NCBI GenBank assembly: GCA_013265495.1
Contig: MU058384.1
Location: forward strand, 6,010,792 to 6,074,791
Source: Vicugna vicugna
Lineage: Eukaryota
Direction: 5' to 3'
Length of the DNA: 64,000 nt
The notes under the pieces were generated by a model. That model saw only the letters and a list, made by a program, of their open reading frames with translations. It ran no database searches and had not been told where the DNA came from. Below are positions 37,133 to 50,953 of the stretch, piece after piece (position 1 is the stretch's first letter; every line of letters starts with the position of its first letter). The position numbers and the translations under genes are program-made.

Positions 37133-39585
37133 ATTTTTTTAAATTATGGTAAAAAAAATATGTAACATAAAATTTACCATCTTAACCATTTTTAAGTGGA
37201 TAGTTCAAAGACATTAAGTGTAGTCTCACTGTTGTGCAACAGAACTCCAGAATTTTTCATCTGGCAAAACTGAAATGCTATACCCATTGAACACAAATTC
37301 CCTTTCCCCCATCCCCCTAGCCCTTGGCAACCACCTTTGTACTTTCTATTTCTGATTTTGACTACTTTGGGTATTTCATATGAGTGGGATCATACTGTAA
37401 CTGTCTTTACTTCATCTAATATAGTATCCATGAAGTTCATCCATGTTGTAGCATGTGACAGAATTTCCTTGTTTTTCAAGGCTGCATAATATTCCATTGT
37501 GTGTGTTTGTGTGTGTGTGTGTGTGTGTCACATTTTCTTTATCCATTTATTTGTCAGTTGACATTTGGGTTGCTTCCACTTCTTGGCTATTGTGGACAAT
37601 GCTGCGAGTAACATAGATGCACAAATATCTCTTTGAGATCCTGTTTTGAATTTTTTTGGATATATACCCAAAAGTGGGATTGCTGAATCACATGGGAATT
37701 CTATTTTTAATTTTTGGAAAAACTTCCATACTGTTTTCCATAATGGTCACACTTCTACATTTCCATCTTGGTGCAAAAGCATTCCAATTTCTCCACATTC
37801 TTGCCAACATTTTCATTGCCAATAACTTTTGTTGTTGTTGTTGTTATTTTAATAGTAACCACACTTAGTGGGTGTGAGGTCATATCTCATTGTGGTTTTG
37901 ATTTGCATTCCTTTAGTGATTCGATGTTGAACATCTTTTTATATATTTATTGACAATTTATAAATTATCTTTGAAGAAATGTCAATTCAAGTCCTTTGCA
38001 CATTTTTTAGTCAGTTTATTCAATTTTTTGTTGTTGAGTTGTAGAATTTCTTTATATATTCTGGGTGTTAATATCTTATCAGATATATAATTAGCAAATA
38101 TTTTCTTCTATTCTGTAGGTTGCTTTTCACTCTGTTGATTGTTATCCTTTGATACACAAAAGTTTATAAATTTGATGTTGTCCTTTTGTCTAGCTTTGCT
38201 TTTATTGCCTGTGATTGTAGTGCCGTATATGAGAAATAATTCTCAAATCCAATACCATGAAGACTTTCCCCTATGTTTTCTTATGAGAACTTTATAGTTT
38301 TGAATCTTATGTTTAGGTGTTTAACTCATTGTGGATTAATTATTGTATAAAATTTAAGATAAGAATTCAACTTTATTCTTTTGCATGTAGACATGTTGTT
38401 TTCCCAGTTTTACTTATTGAAGAGACTGTCCTTCTCTCATTGAGGGTTTTAATATCTTATCAAAGATCATTTGACCATGTATGGGAGAGTTTATTTCTGG
38501 GATGTCAACTCTGTTCCATTGGTCTGTATGTCTGTATTTATGCTAGTACCACATTTTTTATTATTGTAGTTTTGCAATATATTTGAAGATCAGAAAGTGT
38601 GATTCTCCAACTTTGTTCTTTTTCAAAGTTGTTTTGGCTATTTGTTATTTCTTGAGATTCCATACCAATTTCAGAATCAATGTTTGTATTTCTGCAAAAA
38701 AAAAAAATTGCTGTTGGGTATTTCATTGAAATTTTATTGAATCTGTAGATAGCTTTCAGTAACTTTTGCACCTTAATAGTATTATATCTTCCAATTCATG
38801 AACCTGAGATGTCTTTCCACTTATTTGTGTCTTTTTAAATTTCTTTCAGCAATGTTTTGTAGTTTCCAGTGTATAACTCTTTCACTTCCTTGGTTAAATT
38901 TATTCCTAAGTATTTTATTCCTTTTGAAGTTATTGCAAATGGAATTGTTTTCTTAACCTTTTAAAGGTGGTTGTTCTTTGTTAGTGTGTGGAAGGACAGC
39001 TGGATTTTGTGTGTTGGCTTTATATCTTGCAACTTTGATGAATTCATTTATTATTTCTAAAAGATTTTTTGTGAAATCTTTAAGATTTTATACATATGAG
39101 ATCATGTCATTTCCAAAACAAAGGTAATTTTACTTCTTCCTTTCCAATTTGAATGACATTTACTTCTTTTTTTACCTAATTGTTCTGGCTAGAACTTCCA
39201 ATACTGTGTTGAATAGACGTGGTGAGAACAGGCATACTTGCTTTGTTTCTGACCTTAGAAGAAAACCTTTCAGCCTTTCACCATTGAGTATAATGTTAGC
39301 TATGGACTTTTACTACATGGCATTTATTTTGGTGGGGTGTATTTCTTTTATTTCTAATTTGTGGAGGGTTTTTTAATCATGAAAAGGTGTTAAATATTAT
39401 AAAATGATTTTTGCATCAATTGATATACTCATGTGTTTTTTGTCTTTCATTCCATTAATGTGGAGTATTACACTGATTGATTTTCATATGTTGGAACCAT
39501 TCTTGCATTACAGAAGTACAACCCACTTGATCAAGTGTATTTAATCTTTTTAAAGTACTATTGAATTCTATTTGCTAACTTTTGT
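37133..39585 (-). mobile_element. L1 (L1MA/MB-type) 3' ~2.4 kb, ORF2 RT-to-C-terminus remnant
   Basis: 3' end 'taacataaaatttaccatcttaaccatttttaagt'. ORF 38538-38771 (KAIYRFNKISMK) is L1 ORF2 text with frameshifts. Internal (TG)n at ~37498-37528. Confidence 0.95.
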
Positions 39586-39634
39586 AAAGAAATAAGAACT
39601 GAAAAAACATGGATAGGCTCTTAATTAATTTAAT

Positions 39635-39830
39635 TCAATAAATTTAAAAATGGCAACTATTTGTCAAGTATTTACTATATTTGAGGCATAATGTCAGGTG
39701 CTGGCAGGACCCAAGTACAAGAGATTGTCCCTGTTTTGAAGAAGCTTACATGAAGAGTGAGAGACAAGCACATACACAGTCAACTGTAATACAAGAAAGA
39801 AGATTCCCTAAAGAGGAAATAGTGAGCACT
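39635..39830 (-). mobile_element. L2 3' fragment
   Basis: 'aagtatttactatatttgaggcataatgtcaggtgctgg...gtccctgttttgaagaagcttaca'. Confidence 0.65.
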
Positions 39831-39858
39831 TGTGTAGAAGAGGACTGACTGAGTCCTC

Positions 39859-39888
39859 TGTGTGTGTGTGTGCATGTGTGTGTGTGTG
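39859..39888. repeat. Imperfect (TG)n microsatellite
   Basis: TG run interrupted by 'ca'. Confidence 0.9.
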
Positions 39889-40349
39889 AATGAAAAGAGG
39901 TGAGGATTATTCTCCCTACGACATCTCTTTTAAGGGCACTATGACTGATGGACTGTTAAAAATGGTTGCGTGCTTCTTATTGGTAGCAACCTGGAGAGAG
40001 GTAGTTCTGCTGCCAGGTTATAAAGGTCCCATAGGACATGATTATAGAATAGTACCGAAGATGAGTTGCAGTAAAAGACAAGTGGAGTGCCCAAACACTC
40101 AAATTTTTTATTTGATCCTGCTGAATTCTACTTATGAGGCTTTGCTTTTTCAAAAGATCTACATTTAAGACTCCTTAGTGCTGAGTCCTCACTGGAAAAC
40201 AGGGAATCAAAGGAGGTCAAAAAGGAGGAGAAACAATTGACAAAAGGAAGGATTTATTTATTTGCTTATTGTAGTCATTGGTGGGATCACTGTAAATGTT
40301 GGATGCTGAGAGGGTGCATACACACTACACCATCGCTCACTATTTCCTC

Positions 40350-41425
40350 TTTAGGAAATATTCTTTCTTGTATTATAGTTGACTGTGTATATTCTTGTCT
40401 TCCACTCTCCATTTAATCTTCTTCAAAACAGGGACAATCTTTTGTGCTTGGATCCTGCCAACACCTAACATCATGCCTCAGACATAGTCAATACCTGACA
40501 AATAGTTGCCAGTGTTATCCATTCATCCATCAATTCATCCATCCATCCAGCCAGCCAGCCCTTAATTCATATATTGAATTATGTGTTCAATGTCTTCACT
40601 TGGCTGTCCACAGACGTCTCAAAAAAACATGCCTAAAAGCAATCTCATTATTTCTACTCCCTATTCCAAATTTGCCTCTTCTTTTTTGTTGCTCATTCAG
40701 TATAGGATACATCAATACATTGTTCATGAATCCAAAACAGCATTTTCAGTTGTCATCATCATCCCTCCTCCAAACTCCCAGCGTTTTTCCAAACATCAAA
40801 TCCTGGTACCTCTGTGTCCTTGGTACCTCTCGTATCTGCCCACTCTCCTGCATCCCCACTGCTTCTACCCCAAATAAAGGCTCTCTCCCACGACTTATTG
40901 CAAGAGCCTTCTAAACTTCTTACCTCAAGTCATGCCCGAAGCCATCATCTATTCTCCAGACCATGGTCTTTCTAAAATACAAGCCTGATCATGCCATCTG
41001 CTCCCCACTATTCTCAAGACAAAAACTAGACTCCATGACATGGTGTACAAGACCCTTCACTAGCTGAGTCCTGTTCACCTCTCCACCCTTGTTTCTCACC
41101 CCATTATCCTCACATCCGCTCTGTATGCCCCAGCCTTCTACACACTTCTCTGTGTTTCTAAAACACAGTTCCTTTAAGCATCAGTTCTGTGAAGTGTTCC
41201 TTGAATCCCTTTCCCCTTAGTTTAGGTTGAGCCCTCCTCCTGTGTGCTTCCATGATACGGAGCATTTCCCTCTCCCGGGCATCATATTGTATCAAGACTG
41301 TGTGCTTGCTTGCTTGTATCTCCTACTGAAATAGGAGGGCAGAAACCCTGTTTTATCGACAATTTTCCCCTAGTATCTATCCGATAGTAGGCACTCGATA
41401 TAAATCTATTCACTCAATGAATAAA
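40350..41425 (+). mobile_element. L2 fragments (short 3' end followed by a longer 3' portion)
   Basis: 'catcatgcctcagacatagtcaatacc', 'cttcacttggctgtccacagacgtctcaaaaaaacatgcctaaa', 'tctttctaaaatacaagcctgatcatgcca' and 'tagtaggcactcgata'. This accounts for ORFs 40444 and 40581. Confidence 0.85.
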
Positions 41426-43237
41426 TTGCAATATATTCTAGAAACATTAAAGAAAATGTTCTGTCCAAAGAGGTGTGGCTCTCAGGCATGCAATTTCTTG
41501 CCTAATTCTTCCTTAAATCCCCAGCAAGATTTCCCTACTGTCCCTGTTGTCTATTCTCAGAACTGATCCATGTATCAGAGCAGAGCATGTATTTTTCTAA
41601 AGAGTGGAACTCTAGTTCTCTTAATACTTTCAAATACTGATGGAATCCCGAAATCTCTTTGAAATCCCATCTCTTTTTCCACTACTTTATCATATTTTTA
41701 CTTCCCATTTATTCTTTCTTTAACTTATCTGTGAAAGAAGAGAAGATGGAATTTCTGCTTCTCATACATTGTTTCCAGAATAATTGTACTTGCCTTCCCT
41801 CTTTCCAAAGCATATTTGTAAAGGTAACAGATCACTATATAGTAGTAATTTTGTAATTCAGAATTATTATTTGGCTACTAAGCCAGGAGGCTGAAAATTT
41901 TTGCTTTTTAAAAAAAATTTTATGAGGTTAGGAGAGCTTTTAGCCACTTGCCCTGTCTATTACATCTTTGTGCCACTTTATAATAATAAATGGCCTCAGC
42001 CTGTGTGAGGGTCCTAGACTCATGTTTAGATTTCTAAGGTAATAAGTTCAAGGAAAACTTAGCTGAGGTCTTAATACTCAAACCACTTTGCCTCAATGTT
42101 TATTCTTTATACTAAACATGTCTATAATATTATACATTTTTATACTTTTACATTTTTACAGGGTTTTGATGACAAGGAGTGCCACATCTGTACGTCGGAA
42201 AGTGGCACTTACTTCCTTGTATGTAGGATAAGTAGACTTTTTAATGACACCATCATATATTTAATTAGTTTTGGCACATCGAAATTCATCCTCCTTAATT
42301 GAACATGTAAATATTTGGAGACAGTGGGTCGAATAGTGATTCTAATTCTAATATTCTTGAGATAAAAACCTTTCCAACAGGAATAAAGGGATGTCAAGTT
42401 CAGTTTATAAGCCAGGTAAATATTAACTGCTAGAGGTCTGTAATGTTTCAAAGTATTATAGTTGTATTAGAAAAAGTAATATTGCATACTGCTTATTTAT
42501 TTTAATTTTATAGTTCTGTACATCGGCATTGGCTTTCCTTCCCTTTACCTCATTCTTATGTAACTTAAGTAAAATTACTTCAATATTTTCTGTTTTTATG
42601 AACAAAATATCTCATCTCATCTACAAGAATATGGTTTCTTTTCTTTGCATGTACAATCTAGACTAAAATGGAGCAAATCCCATCTGGACTTATTGTCATA
42701 AATGAGTCCCTGGTATTGTAGCCTCCAGCTAATATTAGAGTTTTCCAAGACACTATCCCCCAGCTTCTCAAGACTAGACCTTTCAAATTCTTCTATGCCA
42801 CCCTCTTGTCATCAGCCATGACATCAGCTTCTGGAAGATTCCTTCATTGCTGTATTGAACTGTCCTACACAGGTAACCATTGCTGCTACCAACACTCTAA
42901 CTCGGGGGAATAGGGTGGGAGGTAGCAGGGGATATATGGCTCTTACTTACAGTATTTTATAGTTCATTGTCTCAGATTTCCATTTCTATTATGGCTGAGT
43001 GAGTTATTACTAAACTCAGTATTCTCACAGACAACAACTGTAAACTCCGAATAAACTACATTCAACAAGAGCAACAACCTGAAGGCACTGATGAGTGAAA
43101 AAAAGCAAGAAGACTCTGAAGGGGAGTCAATACTAAGGAAGGAAGGAATAGCATGGGATGAGTTGCCCACTTAATATGGCTTTTAGCTTGAAGGCAGATC
43201 AAAGTTAGTGTTGTTTTGGGTGGCTAAAATTCCAGTA

Positions 43238-44230
43238 TATACATCAAACTAAAAAGCTTCTGCATAGCAACTAAAACCACCAGCAGAGTGAAAAGGCAAC
43301 CTATGGAATGGGAGAAAGTATTTGCAAACCATGTATCTGATAAGGTGTTAGTTTCCAAAATGTATGAAAAACTCTTATTACTCAATAGTAAAAAAAAAAA
43401 AAAAGATTAAAAATGAACAAAAGACTTAAATAGATATTTCCCTAAAGAAGACAATAGTTATATGAAAAGATGTTCAACATCACTAATATCAGGGAAAAGT
43501 AAATCAAAACTACAGTGAGATACTACTTCATACCTGGTAGGATGGATATTATCAAAAAACCAAAAGGCAAGTGTTGGTGAGGATATGGATAAATTGAAAC
43601 CCCTGTACACAGTTAGTGGGAACAAAACGGTACAACCACTATGCAAAACAGTATAATAGTTCTTAAAAAAAGTAAAAATAGAATTACCATATGATCTAGC
43701 AATACCACATCTCAGTATTTATCCAAAAGGATTGAAATCAAGGTCTTGAAGAAATATGAGTACTTCTATGTTTATTGCAGCATTGTCCACAATAACCAAG
43801 ATGTGGAAACAACCTAAAGTCCATAGATGGATGAACAGAATAAGAAACTGTGGTATATGTAAACAACAGACTATTATTCAGCCTTAAAAAAAGAAAGAAA
43901 TCCTGCAATATGCGACAACATGAATGAGCCTTGTCTATGTTATGGTGAATGAATGTCAGTCACAGAAGGACAAATACTGCATGATTCCACTTGCGTGAGA
44001 TCTCTAAAACAGTCAAACTCATAGAAGCAGAGAGCAGAATGGTGGTTGCCAGGACTGGGTTGGAGGGTACAGGGAGTTGCTATTCAATGGGTATAAATTC
44101 TCAGGTAAACAAATGAATAAGCTCTAGAGATATGCTGTGCAACATTGTGCTTATAACAACACTGAAACATGGGCTTAAAATTTTGATAAGAGGTAGATCT
44201 CACATTAAGTACTCTTACCACACACACAAA
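43238..44230 (+). mobile_element. 5'-truncated L1 (L1MA9/MB-like) 3' end
   Basis: 'acatcaaactaaaaagcttctgcatagc...gaattaccatatgatctagcaataccac...gtagatctcacattaagtactcttaccac'. Confidence 0.93.
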
Positions 44231-44259
44231 CACACGCAAACACACACACACCTCTAGTA

Positions 44260-45480
44260 GGAAACCCACAGCCTTCTCTGCCTTCAGAATCAGAGGCTAA
44301 TGTTCAGAACAACCACAGCTACTGGAAAGTGAATGAGTGAGAAGAGAGTCCTGGGAAGGAGAGAGCTAGGGAGATCACCTAATTCTGCATATTCTGTAAA
44401 TTCTTCCCAAATCTCTGACTGACCCCTAAACCATGCATGCATAAGACAGACTCAAAGCTACTCAATTAAAGACAGAAGAATTGAATGGTGTTTTGAGCTG
44501 TCATTTGCACTTTGGTCTCAACAAAGTTAACTGCCCACTAAAACAAACAAACAAAAATCCTTTTTAGAAGAGTATAACGGAATCCAGAGTCTCACAATAT
44601 AAAATTAGCAATGCCCAGGATGAAATTTGAAATTATTCAACATATAAAGAATTAGGAAAATGTGTCCCATTCACAGGAGAAAAGATAATCAATCAATAGA
44701 GAGAAACCTTGAGATGACCTAGATGTTGAAATTTGTTAGCAAGGATTTTGAAGCAGTTATTTCAACCGTGTTCAGGAACATAAAGAAAAACATGTTTACA
44801 ATTACTGAAAAGGTAAGAATATTCAGTGGGAAAATATAAAATATTAAAAAGAGTAACATAGAAATTGTAGAACTGAAGATACACTGTCTGAAAGAAAAAA
44901 AGTCAGCCAATTAACTTAACAGTAGAATAGAGATGACAGAAGAAAGACTGGATAGATTAAATGCTAGAAATTATAAAATGTGAAGAACAGAGGAAAAAAA
45001 TGGAATGAATGGAGTCTTAGGAACTGGTGCAACAATATCAAAAGGTCTAGCATATGTGTCATTGGAGTGACAGAAAACTACAGAGAAAGAATGGGCACCC
45101 AAAATGGCTAAATTTACCCATTTAAAAAGCCCAGCAAAATGCACAAAGATTAAATAAGAAATGCACCATTTCATGGCATGCTAAAAACTAAGGATAAGTA
45201 GAAAATACCAAAACACCCAGGGAAAAATGACATCATACAGGAGAACAATGATTCAAATGACTGCTCATAACTTGTCAGAAACTATGGAGGACAATTCAGA
45301 AGACAATGGAGAAACATCTTTAAATTTTTGAAAGAAAAATGGATAACCTCAGAATACCAAATCCAGTAAAAAAATATCCTCCATGAATGAAAGCAAAGCA
45401 AAGATGTTTTCAGATGGAAAAATAAAGTAAGGCTAAAATTTTTTGTTGCCTAGGGGGCTTTGACTACATGAAATGATGTG
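44260..45480 (+). mobile_element. Old L1 (or HAL1) 5'UTR/ORF1 remnant
   Basis: 'gatgacctagatgttgaaatttgttagcaaggattttgaagcag...gaaattgtagaactgaag...cagaaactatggagg...aacatctttaaatttttgaaag' is ORF1-like. It probably continues upstream at ~42960-43237, split by the younger L1. Confidence 0.8.
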
Positions 45481-45575
45481 TGACTTCTACTGGTACTTTA
45501 CAGGAAGTTAATGGCCATGGAAGTAAATTTAAAAAGCAGTTTACACCATTTCGAAGTTCCAGACTTGTTCTAGAG

Positions 45576-45799
45576 AGAGGGCTGACTAAATATGGCCTGG
45601 GGGCCAAAGATGGCTTGCAACCTATTTTTGTAAATAAGGTTTTATTGTAACATTGCCATGCCCATGTGTTTATGCATTGTCTATGGTTGCTTCCTCACTC
45701 CAACAGCAGAGTGGATTAGTCATGATAGAGACCATATTGCCAGCAAAATTTAAAATATTTACTATTCAGATCTTTTTCGAAAAAATTTTCTGACCCTTG
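45576..45799 (+). mobile_element. MER58A-like hAT-Charlie MITE
   Basis: 'tttttgtaaataaggttttattg...cccatgtgtttatgcattgtctatggttgc...aaaatatttactatt...tgacccttg'. 8-bp TSD ttctagag (45568-45575) / ttctagtg (45800-45807). Confidence 0.9.
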
Positions 45800-46949
45800 T
45801 TCTAGTGTCCTTGATCAAGCTGGCTTCTCAGTCTGTCTTCACATCAGAGTGAACCACTGGGTGTTACCGTAACTCTGACCCTAGACCAAATGACACCAGG
45901 GCATGAAGAGGAGAGCAAGTTTTGCCCTTACTCCAAACTTGGGCCCACTTGCCAAATAGTTCTATCCTGCTCATGTATTGGCATATTCTTAGGATGATGT
46001 AAACAAGAATTTTCTTTCCTTTGAGGGGAAGCTCACTCCTTACCCTTGGAGCATGCATGGTCCTACGGATCTGAAGTAAGAGTCACATAATGGTTTTACA
46101 ACAGAGTACTCCCTAAAGTCTGATTTATTTGAACTTGAATGCACTGGTTTATCAACTTTCAGCCAAGATGTGGCTGCTTAAACTTCAGCCCAGTCCCTTT
46201 TCAGTGTGTTCTCATTAAAGAGTCAAAAATTCTTGGAGTTGAGGCTCACTGGGGGTTAACCTGTTACACTCGCCAAGAAAATGTATACTTATGAAGATGT
46301 GTCTGTTTATCTTCACATTAAAGAAACATACTCATTTAAATAAATTTGCTCACATATGATATTACATAAGTTGTTTAACTCTAACTACAAGAGGAGCCAT
46401 GGGGTGGCTCTCAAGTGGATCCCAACATGTAGCTGACTCCTTGGCAAGGCTCTTGGGCTTTTCAGTGCAAACAAATGAACTCTCCTATACCCAGCTAGAG
46501 CTGCAATCTGTGTTTCTCTGATGATATATGTCATTATTAATATTGAACACTTCTTGGAGGAAAGTCTGGTGGCCTCTTCCTCGGCCCAGCCACTCACACT
46601 GCCATGAACATGGATTGTGGGTATTTATTCTGTATACTTCTTCTTTGTCACATGCCTGGTGTGGAAACATGGGTCTTGTTACCGTTGCACGGTTTATCTC
46701 AGCCCCTAAATAACTGTATTAAGAAGGAAATATTATTTCACACATTCCTTGAATTCCTTTACCATGAGGGAGAATCCTCATCTTAAGTCTAGTCCAACTT
46801 TGCAGAACCACCTTCACCCATTCATCTCTGTATCCTTAGAAATCAGCAAAAGTATACTCATTAGGAACACTTAATATTTTTAGGAGGAGTAGATAATTGC
46901 ATTAACTATCTTTCGCAGGTCATGGCACACTCTCACCCTCAGTTTATGT

Positions 46950-49535
46950 GGTTTTCTATGTTGTTTTATCTTATTTTTCCTTTTTCCACAGACCATCAAT
47001 TTGTACATGATATATATATATATGTATTCTTATAAAATATATATTGTTTTTGTATCTGTGAGTTTTATTTTACAATGGCATTGTGCTACAGAACTTGTCC
47101 CTTTTTTCCAAAGTAACCAACATAATGTTTTTTAGGATGTATCAACTTGGCGTCTATACATTTAGTGGCATCATTTCTAATTGTTGCATAGCAACACATG
47201 TTATGTATGCATCTACCATATTTATTTCCAATTTTCCTAGTTATGAACACATAGGATGGCCCTGAACAGAAACATGATAAGTATTCTTGTTCAATTCGTT
47301 TAGCAGTATACCCCAGAGTGGGATTCTTGGGTCATCAGATCAACAGCAATTGCTCTCCCAGGTAAGTTTTCACCAGAAGTGCATGAAATTTCCCATTTCC
47401 AAGTTTCCAGATGTTACAATAGGTTGGCGTAAAGTGGTAGCTCATATTATTTTGATTTATTTTCACCAATATCTAAGGAGGCCAAGAATCTTTATATATG
47501 GACTATTTTCCCTTCTGTGAATTGCCGATTTATATTATTTATCTATTTTTCTTTTGCATTTCTTGCTTTTTCCTCCTCCTCTGTAGGAGTTTCTTGTATA
47601 TTCTGAATACTGATTTCTTTTTAGCTTTACATATTTGCAAATATTTTCTACTAATCTATAAATTACTAATAATTCTATCCTACTGATCTGTTCATTAATT
47701 CCTGTGCCAATATCTCACTGTTTTTACTTTATGGCTTCCTAGTGCATTGTAACACCTCACAGGCTGATTTCTCCCTATTTGCTATTCTTGCTCAAATTCT
47801 CTCAGCACTTGCTGGGTAATTATTCTCACATAATTATTAGTATACGCATGTCAGGTTCTTCTAAGCATTCATTTCAAATTGTAATTGGGATTGTAGATTA
47901 ATTTGGGGGCAAAGGCATTATCTTTACTGGTTTATCATGCCATACATAACAGTTGTCTTTTCCTCATTTATTGAGGTCTTTTTCTATGTCCTAAAATTGG
48001 ACTGTAAAAATTCTCTATGAAATTCTTATGCATTCTTTTTATATTCGTTCTTAAATCCTTTTTGTTTGTCTTGGTTACCGTTTTGTGTCAGCTTGATCAA
48101 ACTGCAGCTATGTTTTGAAGAATTTCTTTCAATGTGTGTTTCAATGTGTATAAGGTCTAATTCCTATAAAAAATCTTTGTACTTCCATCATACAGACACA
48201 ACACACATGAATTATTTGAAAAAATACCTGATAGCAAAATAAGAATTGATGAGTTTTTTGTAGCTATTACCTTTTTTATTAATATGATTAGCAATATGCT
48301 TATGTAATTTACTTTTTAATAATGGTATGTTTAACAATTTTCCTACAAAATTTTTGCAAATTCAGAAATCAGCTCTTGTAAACTTGTATAAGTGCACTAC
48401 TGAATAGACTCATTTGATCAGAATCTATTATCCTTCTAAAATATTGTTGGATTCAATTTTCTAATATTATATTAAGATTTTTTTTGTGTCTAAATTTATG
48501 AGCGATATTGGTTTATAGTTTTACATGTATTGATTTATAGTTTTCTTTTTATTTTACTGTGTTTGTCTAATTTTGCTCTCAGAGTAATACTGGTCTCATA
48601 AAATGAGTTTAGAAGTATATCTTCCTCTTTTATTTTATGAAATAGTTCGTGTAGAGTATAATTTGTTTAATTTCAACCTAATTTGGTAAAATTTGTGAGT
48701 GAATAATTTGTGCCCAGCATTTTCTTTGCAGGAAGTTTTTTTTTTAATTATGAAATTGATTTATTTAATAGCAGAGAAATCAGATAATTTGTGTCTTTCA
48801 AGGAATTTGTCCATTTTATCTAAAATGCCAGATCACTGGCATAAATTTGCTTGTTTCATAATCCATTATTATTAGTTTAATATCCTTAGGGTAAGAATTA
48901 ATGCCTTTCTTTCATCCTTTATATTGGTAATTTGAGTCTTCATTCCTTTTGGAGGTAAATTCCCCCAAAGATTTACCAATTTTATTGATTTTCTTCAGAG
49001 AGCCAGATTTTTATTTCACTGAATTACTCTGTTTTTGTTTGTTTTATTGATTTCTGATTTCATCTTCAGTATTTCCTTCCTACTACTTACTTTGAGCTGA
49101 ATTTCCTTGTCTTTATCCTGTTTCTCAAGGTGGAAGTATCAATTATTGCTTTTTAGGCCTTCTTTTTATGTAATATTAGCATATTTATATTTGTAATTAT
49201 GTAACATAAAAAACACTACCTTAGCTAAACCCCACAATTTTTGGTATGTTGTATTTTTATTTTCATTCAGTTACATATTTTTCTAATATACATTGTGATT
49301 TATTTTTTTTTGACCTATGGATGATTTCGTGATGTTTAATTTTCCATTGTTTGGGGATTTTTCTAGGTATCTTTATATTATTAATTTTTAGCTTAATTCC
49401 TTGTGGCCAGAGAATATATTTTGTATAATTTCAATTCTTTTAAATTTATTGAAACTAGTTTTATGGCCCAGAATGTGGTCTATCTAGATGAATGTTCTGA
49501 GTGCACTTAAAAAAAAATGTTTATTCTACTATTCT
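46950..49535 (-). mobile_element. Ancient L1M fragments (3' end and ORF2)
   Basis: T-rich antisense L1 text: 'ccccagagtgggattcttgggtcat', 'gtaatactggtctcataaaatgagtt', 'ttttatggcccagaatgtggtctatc'. Confidence 0.85.
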
Positions 49536-49538
49536 ATT

Positions 49539-50031
49539 TGTAGTAAGCTGAATAATGGCCCCAAAGATATCAGGTCTTAATTTCTTGGACCTAAAGTAAA
49601 TGTTACCTTATTTGGCAAAAGGGCTTTTGCAGATGTGATTAAATTAAAAATCCTGAGACGAGGAGATTATCCTGGATTATACCTGTGGACCTAATGTAAT
49701 TGCAGGGGTCTTTATGAAGGAAAGAGAGAGCTGGCAAGAGATGTGACTACAGAAGCAGAGGTTGGAGGGATGCAATTGCTGGCTTTAAAAATGGAAGAAA
49801 GCCATGAATAGAGGAGTATGCACAGCCACCAAAAGCTGGAAAAGTCAAGGAACTGGTTCTTTCCTAGAGCCTCCAGAAGGAATAAAGACCTGCCAACGCC
49901 TGAATTTTTGCTGTTAGAATTCCGACCTCCAGAACTATCTGATAATAAATTTGTATTTATATTTGTGATTTTTGATATTTGTTATCTAAGTTTCTGGTAA
50001 TTTTTTACAGCAACAGTATGAAATTAATACA
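49539..50031 (+). mobile_element. MLT1C/D solo LTR
   Basis: TG...CA ends. Contains 'aataatggccccaaagatatc', 'ttgcagatgtgattaaatt', 'gagattatcctggattat' and 'ctagagcctccagaagga'. Confidence 0.92.
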
Positions 50032-50269
50032 CATGGATTATGTGATTTTGGTTTTAGCAAGTTATGATTCTCATTGTCTCTTTCTTAATTACCAAAGAAA
50101 TCTAATTTATAGGATAGCCTTGAGAATTAAGAAAAATAATAAATAGAAAAGAACACACCTCAATTCCTGCTATAAAGTAAGTGTTCTGCAAATGTTGATC
50201 CCCTTTGCTCTTCTTGCGTGTTAGGAGGCACAGGGTCATTATGGAGTTCTCATCATGGTGAATGGCATC

Positions 50270-50490
50270 ATTGAACAACAATTCTTTACAATGAATGATC
50301 AACCTTGCAGCAACCACAGAGGGTGAGCAACTAGTTGCTGCTGCAATGATCTGGGTATGATTTGATGAGATCCTGAACTAGAGCTATGGCAATGGGAGTA
50401 GAAGGGAGAAGCCCAAGAGATGTTTCAGGAAAGTTGGTGAATTATTGAATGTGGAAGACAAAAAGAGAGGCAAGAGCCAAAGATAACCCT
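50270..50490 (-). mobile_element. L2 fragment
   Basis: 'gatgagatcctgaactagagctatggcaatggg...ttggtgaattattgaatgtgga'. Confidence 0.6.
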
Positions 50491-50712
50491 TAGCAAATAT
50501 GTCTGTGCCAGGGTTAAACTCAAAAGCACCCTTCAAACCTTTAGGATCTAGGAGTATTATCACTAGTAAAGCCTGTTTTCATGTTCACGTCTGATTCGGA
50601 GCTAGCATGGGATGTCTCTATTGCTGGTGCTCTTAACTATCTTCCTCTAAGTTGCTCCATTTTTCTCTGATAAACTCATAACTGTGTCAATGCATATGAG
50701 ATACGCTTTAGG

Positions 50713-50953
50713 GCAGTATTTTCCAAGCTGTAGTTCATGACCCATTAGGCCATAAAATCAAGTTGGTGATATGAAAACAGCATTTTAAAAATGTAATAGA
50801 ACTGGATAGAAGAATAGAGAAAATATGTACATGTCACATGTAGTAATGGTAAGAATTATTTTCTTTCATGTGTGTGTGTGTTTGTGTGTGTATGTGTGTA
50901 GGTGGATTGCAATTTTCTTGTGGACCACTGTCAAAAAGGTTTGAAAAATTTGG
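50713..50953. mobile_element. hAT-Charlie (Charlie4-like) fragment
   Basis: 'cagtattttccaagctgtagttcatgacccatt...caaaaaggtttgaaaaatttg'. Confidence 0.6.

Noticed and set aside
40444..40914. 156-aa ORF, the longest in the track
   Set aside because: Lies within decayed L2 sequence, has a non-ATG start and shows no recognisable domain.
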